Shown piece by piece: positions 11,901 to 20,575 of a stretch of 64,000 nucleotides of DNA. Position 1 is the stretch's first letter. Every line of letters begins with the position of its first letter. Where the stretch lies: assembly GCA_964409365.1 (NCBI GenBank), contig CAYPCX010000001.1:684-64683 (forward strand). The letters are read 5' to 3'. The translations under genes were made by a program, and so were the position numbers. Origin of the DNA: an uncultured Planctomycetia bacterium. GTDB taxonomy: Bacteria; Omnitrophota; Gorgyraeia; Tantalellales; Tantalellaceae. The notes beneath the pieces are model-generated. The model had not been told where the DNA came from, did no database searches, and was given only the letters and a program-made list of their open reading frames with translations.

Positions 11901-12297
11901 AGCCCTTGCGCTTACGGATTATTTTGCTCCAAGAGACGTCGTGGCTTTCCAGGCAGTGACCGTGGGGGATAAGATAAACGATGCTATAGGCGGGCTGAAC
12001 GAAGAAAAAGAGTTCACCCGCGCGTTCTTCCTTCACGGGCTCAGCGTACATCTCGCCGAAGCCCTGGCCGAATACGTTCACGGGAAGATACGCGAAGAGC
12101 TTAAGCTGAAAAAGGCACAGGGAAAGAGATACAGCCCCGGGTATCCGTTATGGAAGGACCTGGAAGACCAGGTAAAGCTGTTTCGCCTGTTGGATGTTGA
12201 AAGACGTCTGGGAATTCATCTTACCGAAGCATTTCAAATGGTCCCCGAACAGTCGACCACTGCCATGATAGTGCATAACGATAAAGCCGAGTATTAA
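8914..12297 (+). CDS. metH: Cobalamin-dependent methionine synthase (Hcy-binding, pterin-binding, B12-binding and activation domains)
   Basis: Homocysteine S-methyltransferase N-terminus (LLDGAFGTYIQ...GGCCGTNPEHI), pterin-binding domain, B12 DxHxxG motif (GDVHDIGKNLV) and a C-terminal AdoMet activation domain. The ORF-track start at 8893 translates the upstream hairpin repeat; the ATG at 8914 is preferred. Confidence 0.9.
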   Translation: MNNSLREKLKTDLVLLDGAFGTYIQSFGLADADFRDKPGCMEYLAFTRADLIGKVHGDYLEAGSDAVETNTFGANAVKLAEYGLAGDVYDVNLTATRLARNVADDFSTSSRPRYVIGTMGPTGKLPSSLDPVLGNIAYDELKAIFRDQALGIIDGGADALLVETGQDLLEMKAAVSGAKEAMERKKKDLVLMAQCTLANNGRMLLGTEMSAVAAVMGYLGVDVVGLNCSTGPVEMEGVLRYLKDHCPVHVSCVPNAGLPVEVDGKAEYPMKPGQMADIMARFVKKYQLDVIGGCCGTNPEHIKHIREAIKSVKKREPAPGRLFASFYQGFDLDSIERPVKVGERINTQGSRKMKELLVNEDYDGIIELGKEQQRAGSEIIDVSCVLTERHTEKRDACLLTRRLAESVQVPLMVDSTDTAVIEEALRNYPGTAFINSANLEDGGEKARKIFSLAKEHASFVVNLVIDEKGMARDVERKLEIAGRLYDMAVKEYSLEPHRLLFDMLTFTLGTGEKEYRDSAVNIFEAIKRLKEKHPGILTVLGVSNISFGLRKEARRVINMVFLHHAVKAGLDMAIVNPAEYVEYGKIPAKDRKMAEDLIFNRDEEALHRLVEHFAAKKPAGPAVAGPGKKPAMRVEERLKRCVFDRDKTGIIPLVDEALKRIPPEEIINGVLMDAMKEVGERLDSGETVLPYVLQSAEVMRKAIEHLEDFIPKETVQKRGKVLLATVFGDVHDIGKNLVKMVLENNGFTVIDLGKQVPVDRIVEEAGKNKVDAVGLSALLVSTARHMKTCVQSMHDAGLEYPLILGGAPVNERFAKEASALDDESVYRGGVFYARDAFTGLKIMQALMDSGKRKEAMDAYFRHTEKEIAGHEKAPAGMKRPSGKAPAEVPAAPFYGVRPLSSIPADEVFDLLDERALFESSWGAKLKDGKEKRRVIEKEFRPLLAELKEESLRKGWLDLKAVYGYFSCRVKDEEMGVVDESGKVLETFHLERSKDEKALALTDYFAPRDVVAFQAVTVGDKINDAIGGLNEEKEFTRAFFLHGLSVHLAEALAEYVHGKIREELKLKKAQGKRYSPGYPLWKDLEDQVKLFRLLDVERRLGIHLTEAFQMVPEQSTTAMIVHNDKAEY

Positions 12298-12306
12298 CAT
12301 AAGAGT

Positions 12307-12390
12307 GACAGGATATCCCGCGCTCGAACAGTTTTTGCAATGCCACAGTTGCGACAGCAAAAAAACTCGCGCGGGACACCTGCCACCCTT
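12307..12390 (+). terminator. Structured terminator-like repeat family 2, copy A
   Basis: Long imperfect hairpin with an outer stem, inner stem cagtttttgc/gcaaaaaaactg and loop ..gcc(a/g)ca..caacagc, followed by a T-rich tract. Five copies in the window. Confidence 0.7.
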
Positions 12391-12436
12391 ATATTTATGT
12401 TCATTTTTTGATAAATCTGAATATTAGAAGGAGCTT

Positions 12437-12520
12437 GACAGGATATCCCGCGCTCGAACAGTTTTTGCAATGCCACAGTTGTAACAGCAAAAAAACTCGC
12501 GCGGGACATCCTGCCACCCT
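12437..12520 (+). terminator. Structured terminator-like repeat family 2, copy B (tandem to copy A)
   Basis: About 95% identical to copy A, 130 nt downstream, T-rich after the stem. Confidence 0.7.
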
Positions 12521-12564
12521 TATATTAACGTTCATCTTTTGAATCGGATTTTCAAGGAGGATGT

Positions 12565-12771
12565 ATGGAGTGTAAGAAAGATCGGAACATGAAGTTCTGT
12601 AATTGTACGTACGATTGCTCGAAGAAAGGCGTATGCTGCGACTGCATCCAGTATCACCTGAAGTTAGGCGAGTTCCCGGCGTGCTTTTTCCCGAACGACG
12701 TGGAGAAGACGTACGACCGCAGCATAGCGACTTTTATAGAGACATATCAAAACAGAGGACGCTGGTGGTGA
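12565..12771 (+). CDS. Small Cys-rich protein of unknown function (68 aa; 7 Cys in the first 30 residues)
   Basis: Good RBS (aggagg, 6 nt, ATG). Cys pattern C-x8-CNC-x3-C-x6-CC-x-C. It is flanked on both sides by copies of the structured terminator-like repeat. Confidence 0.55.
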   Translation: MECKKDRNMKFCNCTYDCSKKGVCCDCIQYHLKLGEFPACFFPNDVEKTYDRSIATFIETYQNRGRWW

Positions 12772-12798
12772 GTACACACGAAATTTATGAGGGGATAG

Positions 12799-12885
12799 CG
12801 AGGTATTCCGTGCTCAGACAGTTTTTGCAATGCCGCATTTCCAACAGCAAAAAAACTGCGCGCGGAATACCTCACCATCCCTTTT
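12799..12885 (+). terminator. Structured terminator-like repeat family 2, copy C
   Basis: Same core (cagtttttgcaatgccgca...caacagcaaaaaaactg). The outer stem has a different but still complementary sequence (gaggtattccg/cggaatacctc) and is followed by cccttttt. Confidence 0.7.
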
Positions 12886-13063
12886 TAAGCTTTGATATAT
12901 ACTACGATCGGTAACAGGGCAGGAGGGGCGGATTTTGGGTTTATCGAAATCCCAAAAACCGCATATAAACAGGATGATGGTTTGGATGTTGAATTTTGAA
13001 CTTTAATTTTTTACTTTTTCCTTTTTCCTTTTTACTTGTTACTTTATCTTTTATCCTTAAACC

Positions 13064-14917
13064 ATGGCACGCAAATACTCAGTAATAGTAGTCGGCGGGG
13101 GGCATGCGGGGTGCGAGGCGGCGCTCGCGTGCGCGCGTATGGGTGCTGCGACGCTCCTCGTAACGCTCAGGAAAGACAAAATAGGGTATACCTCGTGCAA
13201 TCCTTCCATCGGCGGTGTCGGTAAGGGACAGCTGGTCAAAGAGGTCGATGCCCTGGGCGGCGAGATAGCCAAGGCGGCCGATGCCAGCTGTATACAGTTC
13301 CGCATGCTGAATTCCTCCAAAGGATACGCTGCCAGGTCTTCCCGGGTGCAGGTCGACCGTAAACTGTACAACGACTATATGAGGGAATGCCTTGCGTGTC
13401 AGGAAAACCTGGATATCGTCGAGGACGAGGGGAAGGAAGTCCTGGTCGAACATGGTGTCTGTCAGGGCGTAAGGACCGGGAGTGGGCAGGTGTTCAACGC
13501 CCCGAATGTCATATTGACCCCGGGAACCTTTATGAACGGCACGATACATATAGGCCTCGAGCATTCCCGGGGAGGGAGGATGGGCGAGGAAGCTTCGACG
13601 GGGCTTTCAGAAGCACTGTCTTCAATGGGGTTCCGCGTGAACACCCTGAAGACGGGGACTCCCGCTCGCCTTGACGGCAGGACGATAGACTTTTCGGTCC
13701 TGGAACGCCAGGACGGGGACGGGACAGTGATACCGCTTTCGTTCTCCACGACGGAGATCACGCTGCCGCAGAAGCCGTGTTATATAACGAGGACGAATGA
13801 AACTACGCATTCCATCATCAGGGAAGGTTTGGACAGGTCCCCGCTGTATACCGGGAAGATAAAGTCGACAGGAGTGCGTTACTGTCCGTCGATAGAGGAC
13901 AAGGTGGTAAGGTTCCCCGACAGGGATTCGCATATAGTGTTTCTTGAGCCGGAGGGCCTGGATACGGACGAATATTATCCTAACGGTATCTCCACAAGCC
14001 TGCCGGTAGATGTGCAGGAAAGAATGATCCGCAGCATCAGGGGTCTCGAGAACGCAAAGATAAACAAGCCCGCGTACGGGATCGAGTATGATTTTGTCGA
14101 TCCCACCGAACTTGGACCGACTCTGGAGACAAAAAGAGTGACCGGCCTTTTCATGGCGGGGCAGATCAACGGCACTACCGGTTATGAAGAAGCGGCGGCA
14201 CTGGGCCTCATGGCCGGGATAAACGCGGCTATGAGGGCTAAAGGAAAGGATGCCGTAATACTGGACCGGTCCCGGGCTTATATAGGCGTCCTTATAGACG
14301 ATCTGGTAATGAAGGGGACAAGCGAACCTTACAGGATGTTCACCTCGCGCGTGGAACACAGGATACTCATACGCGAGGACAACGCGGATACTCGGCTTTC
14401 CGGGATAGGGTACGAGCTGGGACTCCTCCGGCGGGAGGAGCTTGAAAGAGCGAAAAAGAAGCAGGCCGATGTAGATGAACAAAAAAAGAAATTGAAAACC
14501 TCATCTGTGTCGCCGGGAGGCGAAGCCGATATCCTGCTGGAAGCTAAAGGCGAGACGCCTGTCTCAAGGAAGACGACGCTGGAAGAACTTTTAAAAAGGC
14601 CGGGGATCACCTATGATGAGGTGCTCGGGCTTGATAAGGGTTTGTCCGCTCTTCCGTATTATGCGAAAGTGCAGCTGGAAGTAGACGTTAAATATTCCGG
14701 TTATGTGGAAAGGGAGCTCGCCAGGGTCGAAAGGTTTTCCGATCTGGAGAAGATCCGCCTGCCCGATGATCTCGATTATTCGGGTGTCCCGGGACTTTCG
14801 AACGAGATAAAGGAGAAGCTCGCTTGTTTGCGGCCCCGTTCACTGGGACAGGCCTCCCGCATATCGGGTGTGACCCCGGCCGCCGTGTCGATCCTGATGG
14901 TGAGATTGAGGAAGTAG
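13064..14917 (+). CDS. mnmG: tRNA uridine-5-carboxymethylaminomethyl modification enzyme MnmG/GidA
   Basis: N-terminus [28 protein letters not shown] (FAD-binding GidA signature). Length 617 aa with a GidA C-terminal domain. Confidence 0.92.
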   Translation: MARKYSVIVVGGGHAGCEAALACARMGAATLLVTLRKDKIGYTSCNPSIGGVGKGQLVKEVDALGGEIAKAADASCIQFRMLNSSKGYAARSSRVQVDRKLYNDYMRECLACQENLDIVEDEGKEVLVEHGVCQGVRTGSGQVFNAPNVILTPGTFMNGTIHIGLEHSRGGRMGEEASTGLSEALSSMGFRVNTLKTGTPARLDGRTIDFSVLERQDGDGTVIPLSFSTTEITLPQKPCYITRTNETTHSIIREGLDRSPLYTGKIKSTGVRYCPSIEDKVVRFPDRDSHIVFLEPEGLDTDEYYPNGISTSLPVDVQERMIRSIRGLENAKINKPAYGIEYDFVDPTELGPTLETKRVTGLFMAGQINGTTGYEEAAALGLMAGINAAMRAKGKDAVILDRSRAYIGVLIDDLVMKGTSEPYRMFTSRVEHRILIREDNADTRLSGIGYELGLLRREELERAKKKQADVDEQKKKLKTSSVSPGGEADILLEAKGETPVSRKTTLEELLKRPGITYDEVLGLDKGLSALPYYAKVQLEVDVKYSGYVERELARVERFSDLEKIRLPDDLDYSGVPGLSNEIKEKLACLRPRSLGQASRISGVTPAAVSILMVRLRK

Positions 14918-14954
14918 GGCTTCGGAGTAGGAGTTTTGATATTGGATGTTAAAT

Positions 14955-15053
14955 GTTGGATGTTAGATCTTTGATTGCAAAGAGCTAAGCGCATAGAGCA
15001 AAGCGTTACAGTTTTACGCTGTACGCTATGCCCTTTGCGCTATGCTTTTTCAC
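14955..15053 (+). repeat. Core repeat family 3, copy 2
   Basis: Same sequence as 7885-7976 with a 6-nt insertion. Preceded by an attggatgtta/aatgttggatgtta mini-duplication and followed by a (cttgtta)n array. Confidence 0.8.
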
Positions 15054-15099
15054 TTGTTGCTTTATCCTTTATCCTTTTTCCTTGTTCCTTGTTCCTTGT

Positions 15100-15160
15100 T
15101 ACTTGTTACTTGTTACTTGTTACTTGTTACTTGTTACTTGTTACTTGTTACTTGTGACTA
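15100..15160 (+). repeat. Heptamer tandem array (cttgtta) x about 8
   Basis: Perfect 7-nt tandem repeats immediately upstream of the radical-SAM gene start (15169). Confidence 0.9.
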
Positions 15161-15168
15161 TAACTACT

Positions 15169-16080
15169 ATGTATTATTATCCGTTCAACAAGTATCTTCG
15201 TGAAAAATTCGGCGAAAAGGTGAGACGGCTAAGCCTGAACGCCGGTTTTACGTGCCCCAACAGGGACGGAAAGCTCGGCACGGAAGGATGTGTTTTCTGC
15301 AATGAGTACGGTTTTTCGCGGTTCGCCGGAAAAAAAATATCTCTTGATGAACAGATAGTAAGTTCCATGAAAAGGGCCGCCGAAAAATACGGCGTTAGAA
15401 AGTTCATAGCGTATTTCCAGAATGCTACCAATACGTACGCTGATGTCCGGGATCTGAAAGCCGCGTACGACGTGATAAAGAACTATCCCGAAATAGTAGG
15501 GCTTTTCATCTCGACGAGGCCGGATTGCGCGGGCGATGAAGTGCTGGACCTTATCGCGGGTTATATCGGTCTTTACGAGGTCTGGATAGAGTACGGCCTG
15601 CAGAGCGCGCATGACAGGACGCTCCGGGGGATAAATCGCGGGCATACTTTCTCTGTAACGGCGGAAGCTATAAAGAGAACGGCCGAAAGAGGCATAAAGG
15701 TCGGGGCGCATGTTATCCTCGGATTGCCGGGGGAGTCGAGAGAGGACATGATCGCCACGGCGAAGGAGGTTTCCGGTTTACCCGTTAGCGGGGTGAAGCT
15801 CCACCTCCTGCATGTTCTCAAGGATACCAAGCTCGAAGAGGCGTACAGACGAGGTGAAGTGGAGCTCATGGAGCGGGAAGAGTACGTAGGGGCGGCGTGC
15901 GATTTTCTGGAGTATACTCGTCCGGACAGGATCGTCCTCAGGCTTGTCTCGGACGCGAAAGAGGATTATCTGGTCGCTCCCGGCTGGATGAACGATAAAA
16001 TGAAGGTAATAGGCGCGATCGAGGATGAATTCAGCAAAAGGGGCACCTGCCAGGGAAGCGCGCTGGCCGGCGTAACCTGA
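15169..16080 (+). CDS. Radical SAM protein, TIGR01212 (YhcC-like) family
   Basis: LNAGFTCPNRDGKLGTEGCVFCN is the typical TIGR01212 Cys motif. The ORF-track start at 15028 lies inside an intergenic repeat; the ATG at 15169 directly follows the heptamer array. Confidence 0.75.
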   Translation: MYYYPFNKYLREKFGEKVRRLSLNAGFTCPNRDGKLGTEGCVFCNEYGFSRFAGKKISLDEQIVSSMKRAAEKYGVRKFIAYFQNATNTYADVRDLKAAYDVIKNYPEIVGLFISTRPDCAGDEVLDLIAGYIGLYEVWIEYGLQSAHDRTLRGINRGHTFSVTAEAIKRTAERGIKVGAHVILGLPGESREDMIATAKEVSGLPVSGVKLHLLHVLKDTKLEEAYRRGEVELMEREEYVGAACDFLEYTRPDRIVLRLVSDAKEDYLVAPGWMNDKMKVIGAIEDEFSKRGTCQGSALAGVT

Positions 16081-16157
16081 AAAAATTTGTCACATTTTGG
16101 GTAATATGTTATTATAATACCTGTTAAATGTACTGCCAATATTGAAGGAGGGAAGAT

Positions 16158-16550
16158 ATGAATATGAGGATGCTTGTATGTGTTATCATCATAGCGGTCA
16201 TGGTCGTCTGTCCTCTCAGTGAGAGCTTTGCCGCCAGGAATTCTTCTTCCGATCTTCTCCGTCAGGGCCTTCTGGGCGCGGGAGCCGGGGCTGTAGGCGG
16301 CGCTGCGTCCGGAGCCAAAGGCGGTGATCTCTGGAAAGGCGCTCTTGCGGGTGCCGGCGTCAACATAGTCGGTGGCGCGCTTCTTGATTCGATGAGCGGA
16401 GAACAGGTCCAGAGCACCCAGCAAGTGGATTCGATGAGCCCGAGAGGCGCATATTCTGACGGCTACGAAGACGGCTACAGGAACGGCTACAAGAAAGGTT
16501 ACACCGAGGGGTACCGCGAAGGCCTGAATGAAGGGCAAGTCGGCCGCTGA
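16158..16550 (+). CDS. Secreted glycine-zipper protein with a C-terminal (GYxxGY) repeat
   Basis: Signal peptide, a Gly/Ala-rich zipper (GLLGAGAGAVGGAASGAKGG...AGAGVNIVGGALL) and a C-terminal DGYEDGYRNGYKKGYTEGYREG stretch. Strong RBS (ggaggg) and an upstream sigma70-like promoter (TTGTCA...TATAAT) around 16087-16120. Confidence 0.6.
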   Translation: MNMRMLVCVIIIAVMVVCPLSESFAARNSSSDLLRQGLLGAGAGAVGGAASGAKGGDLWKGALAGAGVNIVGGALLDSMSGEQVQSTQQVDSMSPRGAYSDGYEDGYRNGYKKGYTEGYREGLNEGQVGR

Positions 16551-16644
16551 TACCGAAGCGAATGTTTGACAGGGAAACTCCGGAAACTGCTTGAGGGTTT
16601 CCCTGTTTCTTTTTTTCATGGACTTTTCCGGGGACGTGAGAGAT

Positions 16645-17841
16645 ATGAAGAAAAAGAAAACTGTCGGGAAAAAAAGAACGAAAGCTAAAGCTAAGGCTAA
16701 GGTTAAGGCTAAGGTTAAGAGCGGTAAAAAGGCCCTGCTGGATACGGAGAACCTGATCAGGTCTCTCATGGTCAAAGAGCAGGAGGTCCTCCAGACGGAA
16801 GACGCCCTTGTGGAATCCATGAGGCGCTTCCGAGACCTTTTCGAGCAGTCCCCGATCGGCGTTGCCATCTATGACCCGGCCGGCGAACTCCTGATAGTGA
16901 ACAACTCTTACCTGGAGATCTTCGGGCTCGCCTCGTTCGGCGACATCAAGATGCAGAACCTGTTCAAGGCCCTCAGGCTTCCGGGTAAACGGGAAAAAGA
17001 GCTCAGGTCCGGAGAGGTCATACAGCGTGAAATAGAGTTCAACTTTGAAAAAGCCGGTCTGGCCACAAGCCGCAAAGGGGCAGCGCATATGCTTTTTACG
17101 GTCTCGCCTCTTTTCAGGGAAAAGAAGGTCATCGGGTATATGCTTCAGATACAGGATGTTACCGAACGCAAAAAAATAACCGAGGCCCAGCGGCTGGCGC
17201 AGCTCGGCCGGCTCCTTTCGGACATGGCGCACGAGGTGAATAATCCTCTCATGATCATCTCGGGCAGGGCGGAATTCGCCCTTATAGAGGGGGTAGAAGA
17301 TGAAAAAATAAGGGATACCCTCAATATCATCCTGGAACAGTGTTATCTCGCCAAAGAGATCATACAGCGTCTCCTGAAATATTCCCGGATAGGGAAAGTG
17401 AAGAAAGAGCCCGTGGACATGCATAAGGCCCTTGGTCTTATCGTGGATATACTCCAGCATCACTTCCGCATGTCCAGCATAGAGCTCGAGAAAGATATTC
17501 ACCCCAGTCTGCCCCGGGTCATCGGCAACGAAAAACAGCTTCAGGAAGTCTTCATGAACATCATACGCAACTCTGCCGACGCTATGCCTGACGGCGGCGT
17601 CATAAAAGTAACCGCCAGGCGCGAGAAGAACTTCATAAAGATCGATATAGAAGATACAGGGGAAGGCATGTCGGAGCAGATACTGGAAAGGATATTCGAA
17701 CCGTTCTTCACGACGAAACAGAAAGGCACGGGGCTGGGGCTCGCGGTCTGCCACACTATCATACAGGAGCACGGGGGGCAGCTTCTTTATGACAGCGAGG
17801 TCGCGAAAGGCACCAAGGCGTCGATTTTACTGCCCATATAA
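16645..17841 (+). CDS. Cytoplasmic PAS sensor histidine kinase
   Basis: Lys/Ala-rich N-terminus (KAKAKAKVKAKVK), a PAS domain, an H-box (LSDMAHEVNNPLMIISGRAEFAL) and HATPase_c motifs (DTGEGM...GTGLGLAV). The start could alternatively be at 16591 or 16618. Confidence 0.8.
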   Translation: MKKKKTVGKKRTKAKAKAKVKAKVKSGKKALLDTENLIRSLMVKEQEVLQTEDALVESMRRFRDLFEQSPIGVAIYDPAGELLIVNNSYLEIFGLASFGDIKMQNLFKALRLPGKREKELRSGEVIQREIEFNFEKAGLATSRKGAAHMLFTVSPLFREKKVIGYMLQIQDVTERKKITEAQRLAQLGRLLSDMAHEVNNPLMIISGRAEFALIEGVEDEKIRDTLNIILEQCYLAKEIIQRLLKYSRIGKVKKEPVDMHKALGLIVDILQHHFRMSSIELEKDIHPSLPRVIGNEKQLQEVFMNIIRNSADAMPDGGVIKVTARREKNFIKIDIEDTGEGMSEQILERIFEPFFTTKQKGTGLGLAVCHTIIQEHGGQLLYDSEVAKGTKASILLPI

Positions 17842-17864
17842 CGCCGATCAGCGTACGGGACGAT

Positions 17865-18230
17865 ATGCACAATAAAATATTGATAATTGACGACGAGCGG
17901 CGTATCGTGGAGATACTCGAGAAGTTCCTCATTTATGAGAAGTTCGAGGTCAGCAAGGCGTACGACGGCAGGGAAGGGCTCGACCTTCTGAAGAGGGACG
18001 CCCCCGATCTTATAATACTTGATGAAAAGATGCCCGGCATGGGAGGGGCAAATTTCATCAAAGAGATGAAGAAGGTCAGAAAGAGCATCCCGGTCATCGT
18101 GCTTACCGGGTCCATAAATCTTTCGCAGTTCGAACAGGCCAAAAAACCCAAATACAAACACCTACTTTATAAGCCGGTACGTCTTGTGGAACTTCTCAAG
18201 GTGATCAACGAGGTATTGAAAAGGGGGTAA
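17865..18230 (+). CDS. Single-domain response regulator (CheY-like receiver)
   Basis: ILIIDDE...DLIILDEKMPGMGG...VIVLTG receiver motifs, 121 aa, no output domain. Confidence 0.8.
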   Translation: MHNKILIIDDERRIVEILEKFLIYEKFEVSKAYDGREGLDLLKRDAPDLIILDEKMPGMGGANFIKEMKKVRKSIPVIVLTGSINLSQFEQAKKPKYKHLLYKPVRLVELLKVINEVLKRG

Positions 18231-18231
18231 C

Positions 18232-18627
18232 ATGAAGGTAATATACAGGTTCGTGGTCCTGCTGGTCGCCGCTTCCGTTATGTTTTCTTTTGCGGATCCG
18301 GCAGCGTTTGGCACGGACGAAGGAAAAGCGGTCACGCTGTCCTCGGATCCGAGGCTGAACCCGGCCAAAGAAAGCTTCGAAAGAGGCGAGCACTTCATGG
18401 AAAAAGGGAATATAGAGTTCAGGCGCAGGCCGGGACTTGCCCAGAAGATGTTCGAGCATGCCGAGGATTATTACGCGAAAGCGTCCTTTATGTACCGGGA
18501 AGAGGGCGAAAAGCTCGGTATAGATACCTCGCATGAAGTGGCGGAATGCGAAAGGATGAACCGCAAGGCCCACGTCTGGGTCAACAAGTCAAGAAGGCAG
18601 CGCAAACGTACCGGCGCGGGCATTTAA
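18232..18627 (+). CDS. Hypothetical secreted protein
   Basis: Signal peptide. Starts 2 nt after the response-regulator stop, so probably cotranscribed. Confidence 0.45.
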   Translation: MKVIYRFVVLLVAASVMFSFADPAAFGTDEGKAVTLSSDPRLNPAKESFERGEHFMEKGNIEFRRRPGLAQKMFEHAEDYYAKASFMYREEGEKLGIDTSHEVAECERMNRKAHVWVNKSRRQRKRTGAGI

Positions 18628-18652
18628 TGGTGCCAAGGGTAAAGCGTTGGAA

Positions 18653-18718
18653 GTAACCAGTAACCAGTAACCAGTAACCAGTAACCAGTAACCAGTAACC
18701 AGTAACCAGAGAACAGAC
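18653..18718 (+). repeat. Heptamer tandem array (gtaacca) x about 9
   Basis: Perfect 7-nt tandem repeats in the intergenic region after the two-component-system operon. A second low-complexity block (ctgttttctg-type) lies at 18740-18800. Confidence 0.9.
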
Positions 18719-18819
18719 GACAGATAGCGCATGACATATAATATACTTCTGTTTTCTGTGCTCTGTTTTCTGACTTCTGGTATCTGGTTACTTCACGCTG
18801 AGATCTAAGGAGGGAACAA

Positions 18820-19770
18820 ATGTACAGGGAAGCCATAAAGGTCCTTGACTGCACGGTCAGGGACGGGGGTCTCATTAACGACCATTATTTCGACGACCAC
18901 TTCGTGAAGGCGGTCTACAGGGCCATCTCCAAGGCCGGTGTGGACTACATGGAGATAGGGTACAGGTGCTCCAAGCACATAATGTCGCCCGATAAGTTCG
19001 GTAAATGGAAGTTCTGTGATGAGGACGAGATCAAGCGCGCGATAGATGGTATAGAGTCGAACACGAAACTTTCCATGATGGTGGACGTCGGGCGCGTGGA
19101 GAAAGACGAGATACTGCCGTGCAAGGACAGTGTCGTGGACATGGTCCGCGTAGCGACTTACGTAAAGGATGTGGATAAGGCGATAGACCTGGTGAACGAC
19201 GCGGTGGATAAGGGGTACGAAGGCTCCGTGAACATCATGGCCATATCAAAGGCGCTGGATAACGAGCTTGACGAGGCCCTGGACCAGCTTGAAAGGGAGA
19301 GCAAGGCCCACGTGGTGTACATAGTGGACAGTTTCGGGTCATTATATTCCGAGAACGTACAATACCTGGTCCAGAAGTACAAAAAATTCCTCAAAACAAA
19401 AGAGGTCGGCATGCACGCCCATAACAACCAGCAGCTCGGTTATGCCAACACCATCCAGGGTATCATAGACGGGTGCAATTTCGTGGACGGGACCATCTAC
19501 GGTATAGGCAGGGCCGCCGGTAACTGCCCCCTGGAGCTTCTGATAGGGTTCCTGAAGAACCCGAAGTTCGACTTGAGGCCCATACTCGATGTGATCCAGA
19601 AAGAATTCCTGCCGCTGAGAGAGAAAATAGAATGGGGCTATCTCATACCTTATGCCATTACCGGCATGTTCAATGAACATCCCAGGTCGGCCATGGCCCT
19701 GAGAAAGACGGATAAGAAGGACGATTACAAGCAGTTCTTCGAGAGTTTATCCGCCTCCGAACTTGAATAA
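18820..19770 (+). CDS. DRE-TIM metallolyase family (HMGL-like / 4-hydroxy-2-oxoacid aldolase-like) protein
   Basis: N-terminal VLDCTVRDGG motif characteristic of pyruvate-carboxyltransferase-type TIM barrels. 316 aa. Confidence 0.6.
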   Translation: MYREAIKVLDCTVRDGGLINDHYFDDHFVKAVYRAISKAGVDYMEIGYRCSKHIMSPDKFGKWKFCDEDEIKRAIDGIESNTKLSMMVDVGRVEKDEILPCKDSVVDMVRVATYVKDVDKAIDLVNDAVDKGYEGSVNIMAISKALDNELDEALDQLERESKAHVVYIVDSFGSLYSENVQYLVQKYKKFLKTKEVGMHAHNNQQLGYANTIQGIIDGCNFVDGTIYGIGRAAGNCPLELLIGFLKNPKFDLRPILDVIQKEFLPLREKIEWGYLIPYAITGMFNEHPRSAMALRKTDKKDDYKQFFESLSASELE

Positions 19771-20413
19771 TATGGACACGGAACTTTTCAAAGAACTTCC
19801 GCTGATGGGGATAGTGCGCGGGGTGTCCCTGGACGACACGGAAGAGCTTATAGAGGCCGTCATCGGCGCGGGGCTCGGCACCATAGAGATAACGATGAAC
19901 ACTCCCGAAGCGGCCCGTATGATCTCGAAGGCGCGCGATGTTGCCGGCGGGCGCATTGCCGTGGGCGCGGGTACCGTGCTTTCAAAGAAGGACCTCGATG
20001 AGGCATTGGCGGCGGGCGCCACGTTCATAGTCACGCCTGTCCCGGACAGGGAGGTCGCGGTTTCCTGCGTGGAAAGGGGCATACCGGTCTTTCCCGGGGC
20101 CCTTACGCCCAGTGAGGTGCTGGATGCCTGGGACGCGGGCGCCACTATGGTGAAGGTCTTTCCTTGCGGCCTTTTCGGGCCGAAGTATATCAAAGAGCTG
20201 AAGGGGCCTTTCGACAAGATAAAGCTGATGGCCGTGGGAGGCGTGCGCCCGGATAACGTGGAGGAGTATTTTTCCTGCGGAGCGGATGCCGTGGCTTTCG
20301 GCGCGAGCGTGTTCAAGAAAGAATGGCTCGAGAAGAAAGACTTTTCCTCGATCGGTAACCTCGTTGCGCAATTCGTGAAAGCGGTCGAACATATCAGACA
20401 GGCACCGAAATGA
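19763..20413 (+). CDS. eda: KDPG/KHG aldolase (Eda family)
   Basis: MGIVRGV...GTIEITMNTP...GAGTVL...VTP...MVKVFP active-site-Lys context typical of Eda. Overlaps the upstream gene by 8 nt. Confidence 0.8.
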   Translation: MNNMDTELFKELPLMGIVRGVSLDDTEELIEAVIGAGLGTIEITMNTPEAARMISKARDVAGGRIAVGAGTVLSKKDLDEALAAGATFIVTPVPDREVAVSCVERGIPVFPGALTPSEVLDAWDAGATMVKVFPCGLFGPKYIKELKGPFDKIKLMAVGGVRPDNVEEYFSCGADAVAFGASVFKKEWLEKKDFSSIGNLVAQFVKAVEHIRQAPK

Positions 20414-20440
20414 CGTCTGGACTATTTAGAAGCGCTACGA

Positions 20441-20530
20441 AAAAGGAAAGGTATCCCGTGCTCGGACAGTTTTTGCTTTGCCGCAGAAGCAACAGCAAAA
20501 AAACTCGCACGTGACACTCTTTCCTTTTTC
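20441..20530 (+). terminator. Structured terminator-like repeat family 2, copy D (downstream of eda)
   Basis: Outer stem aaaggaaaggt.../...ctctttccttttt, same inner core, T-run after. Confidence 0.7.
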
Positions 20531-20575
20531 ATAGCCCCGCTCGACACAGTCCAAACCCCATATGGGTACGTGCTA

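Noticed and set aside
16360-17772. 470-aa minus-strand ORF, and 300-aa minus-strand ORF at 15966-16868
   Set aside because: Antisense to the well-supported histidine kinase and glycine-zipper genes. No motifs, odd composition. Typical antisense shadow ORFs in moderately GC-rich DNA.
18653-18718. Heptamer arrays as possible CRISPR arrays
   Set aside because: The units are 7 nt and perfectly tandem with no spacers, and there are no cas genes. These are simple tandem repeats, not CRISPR.
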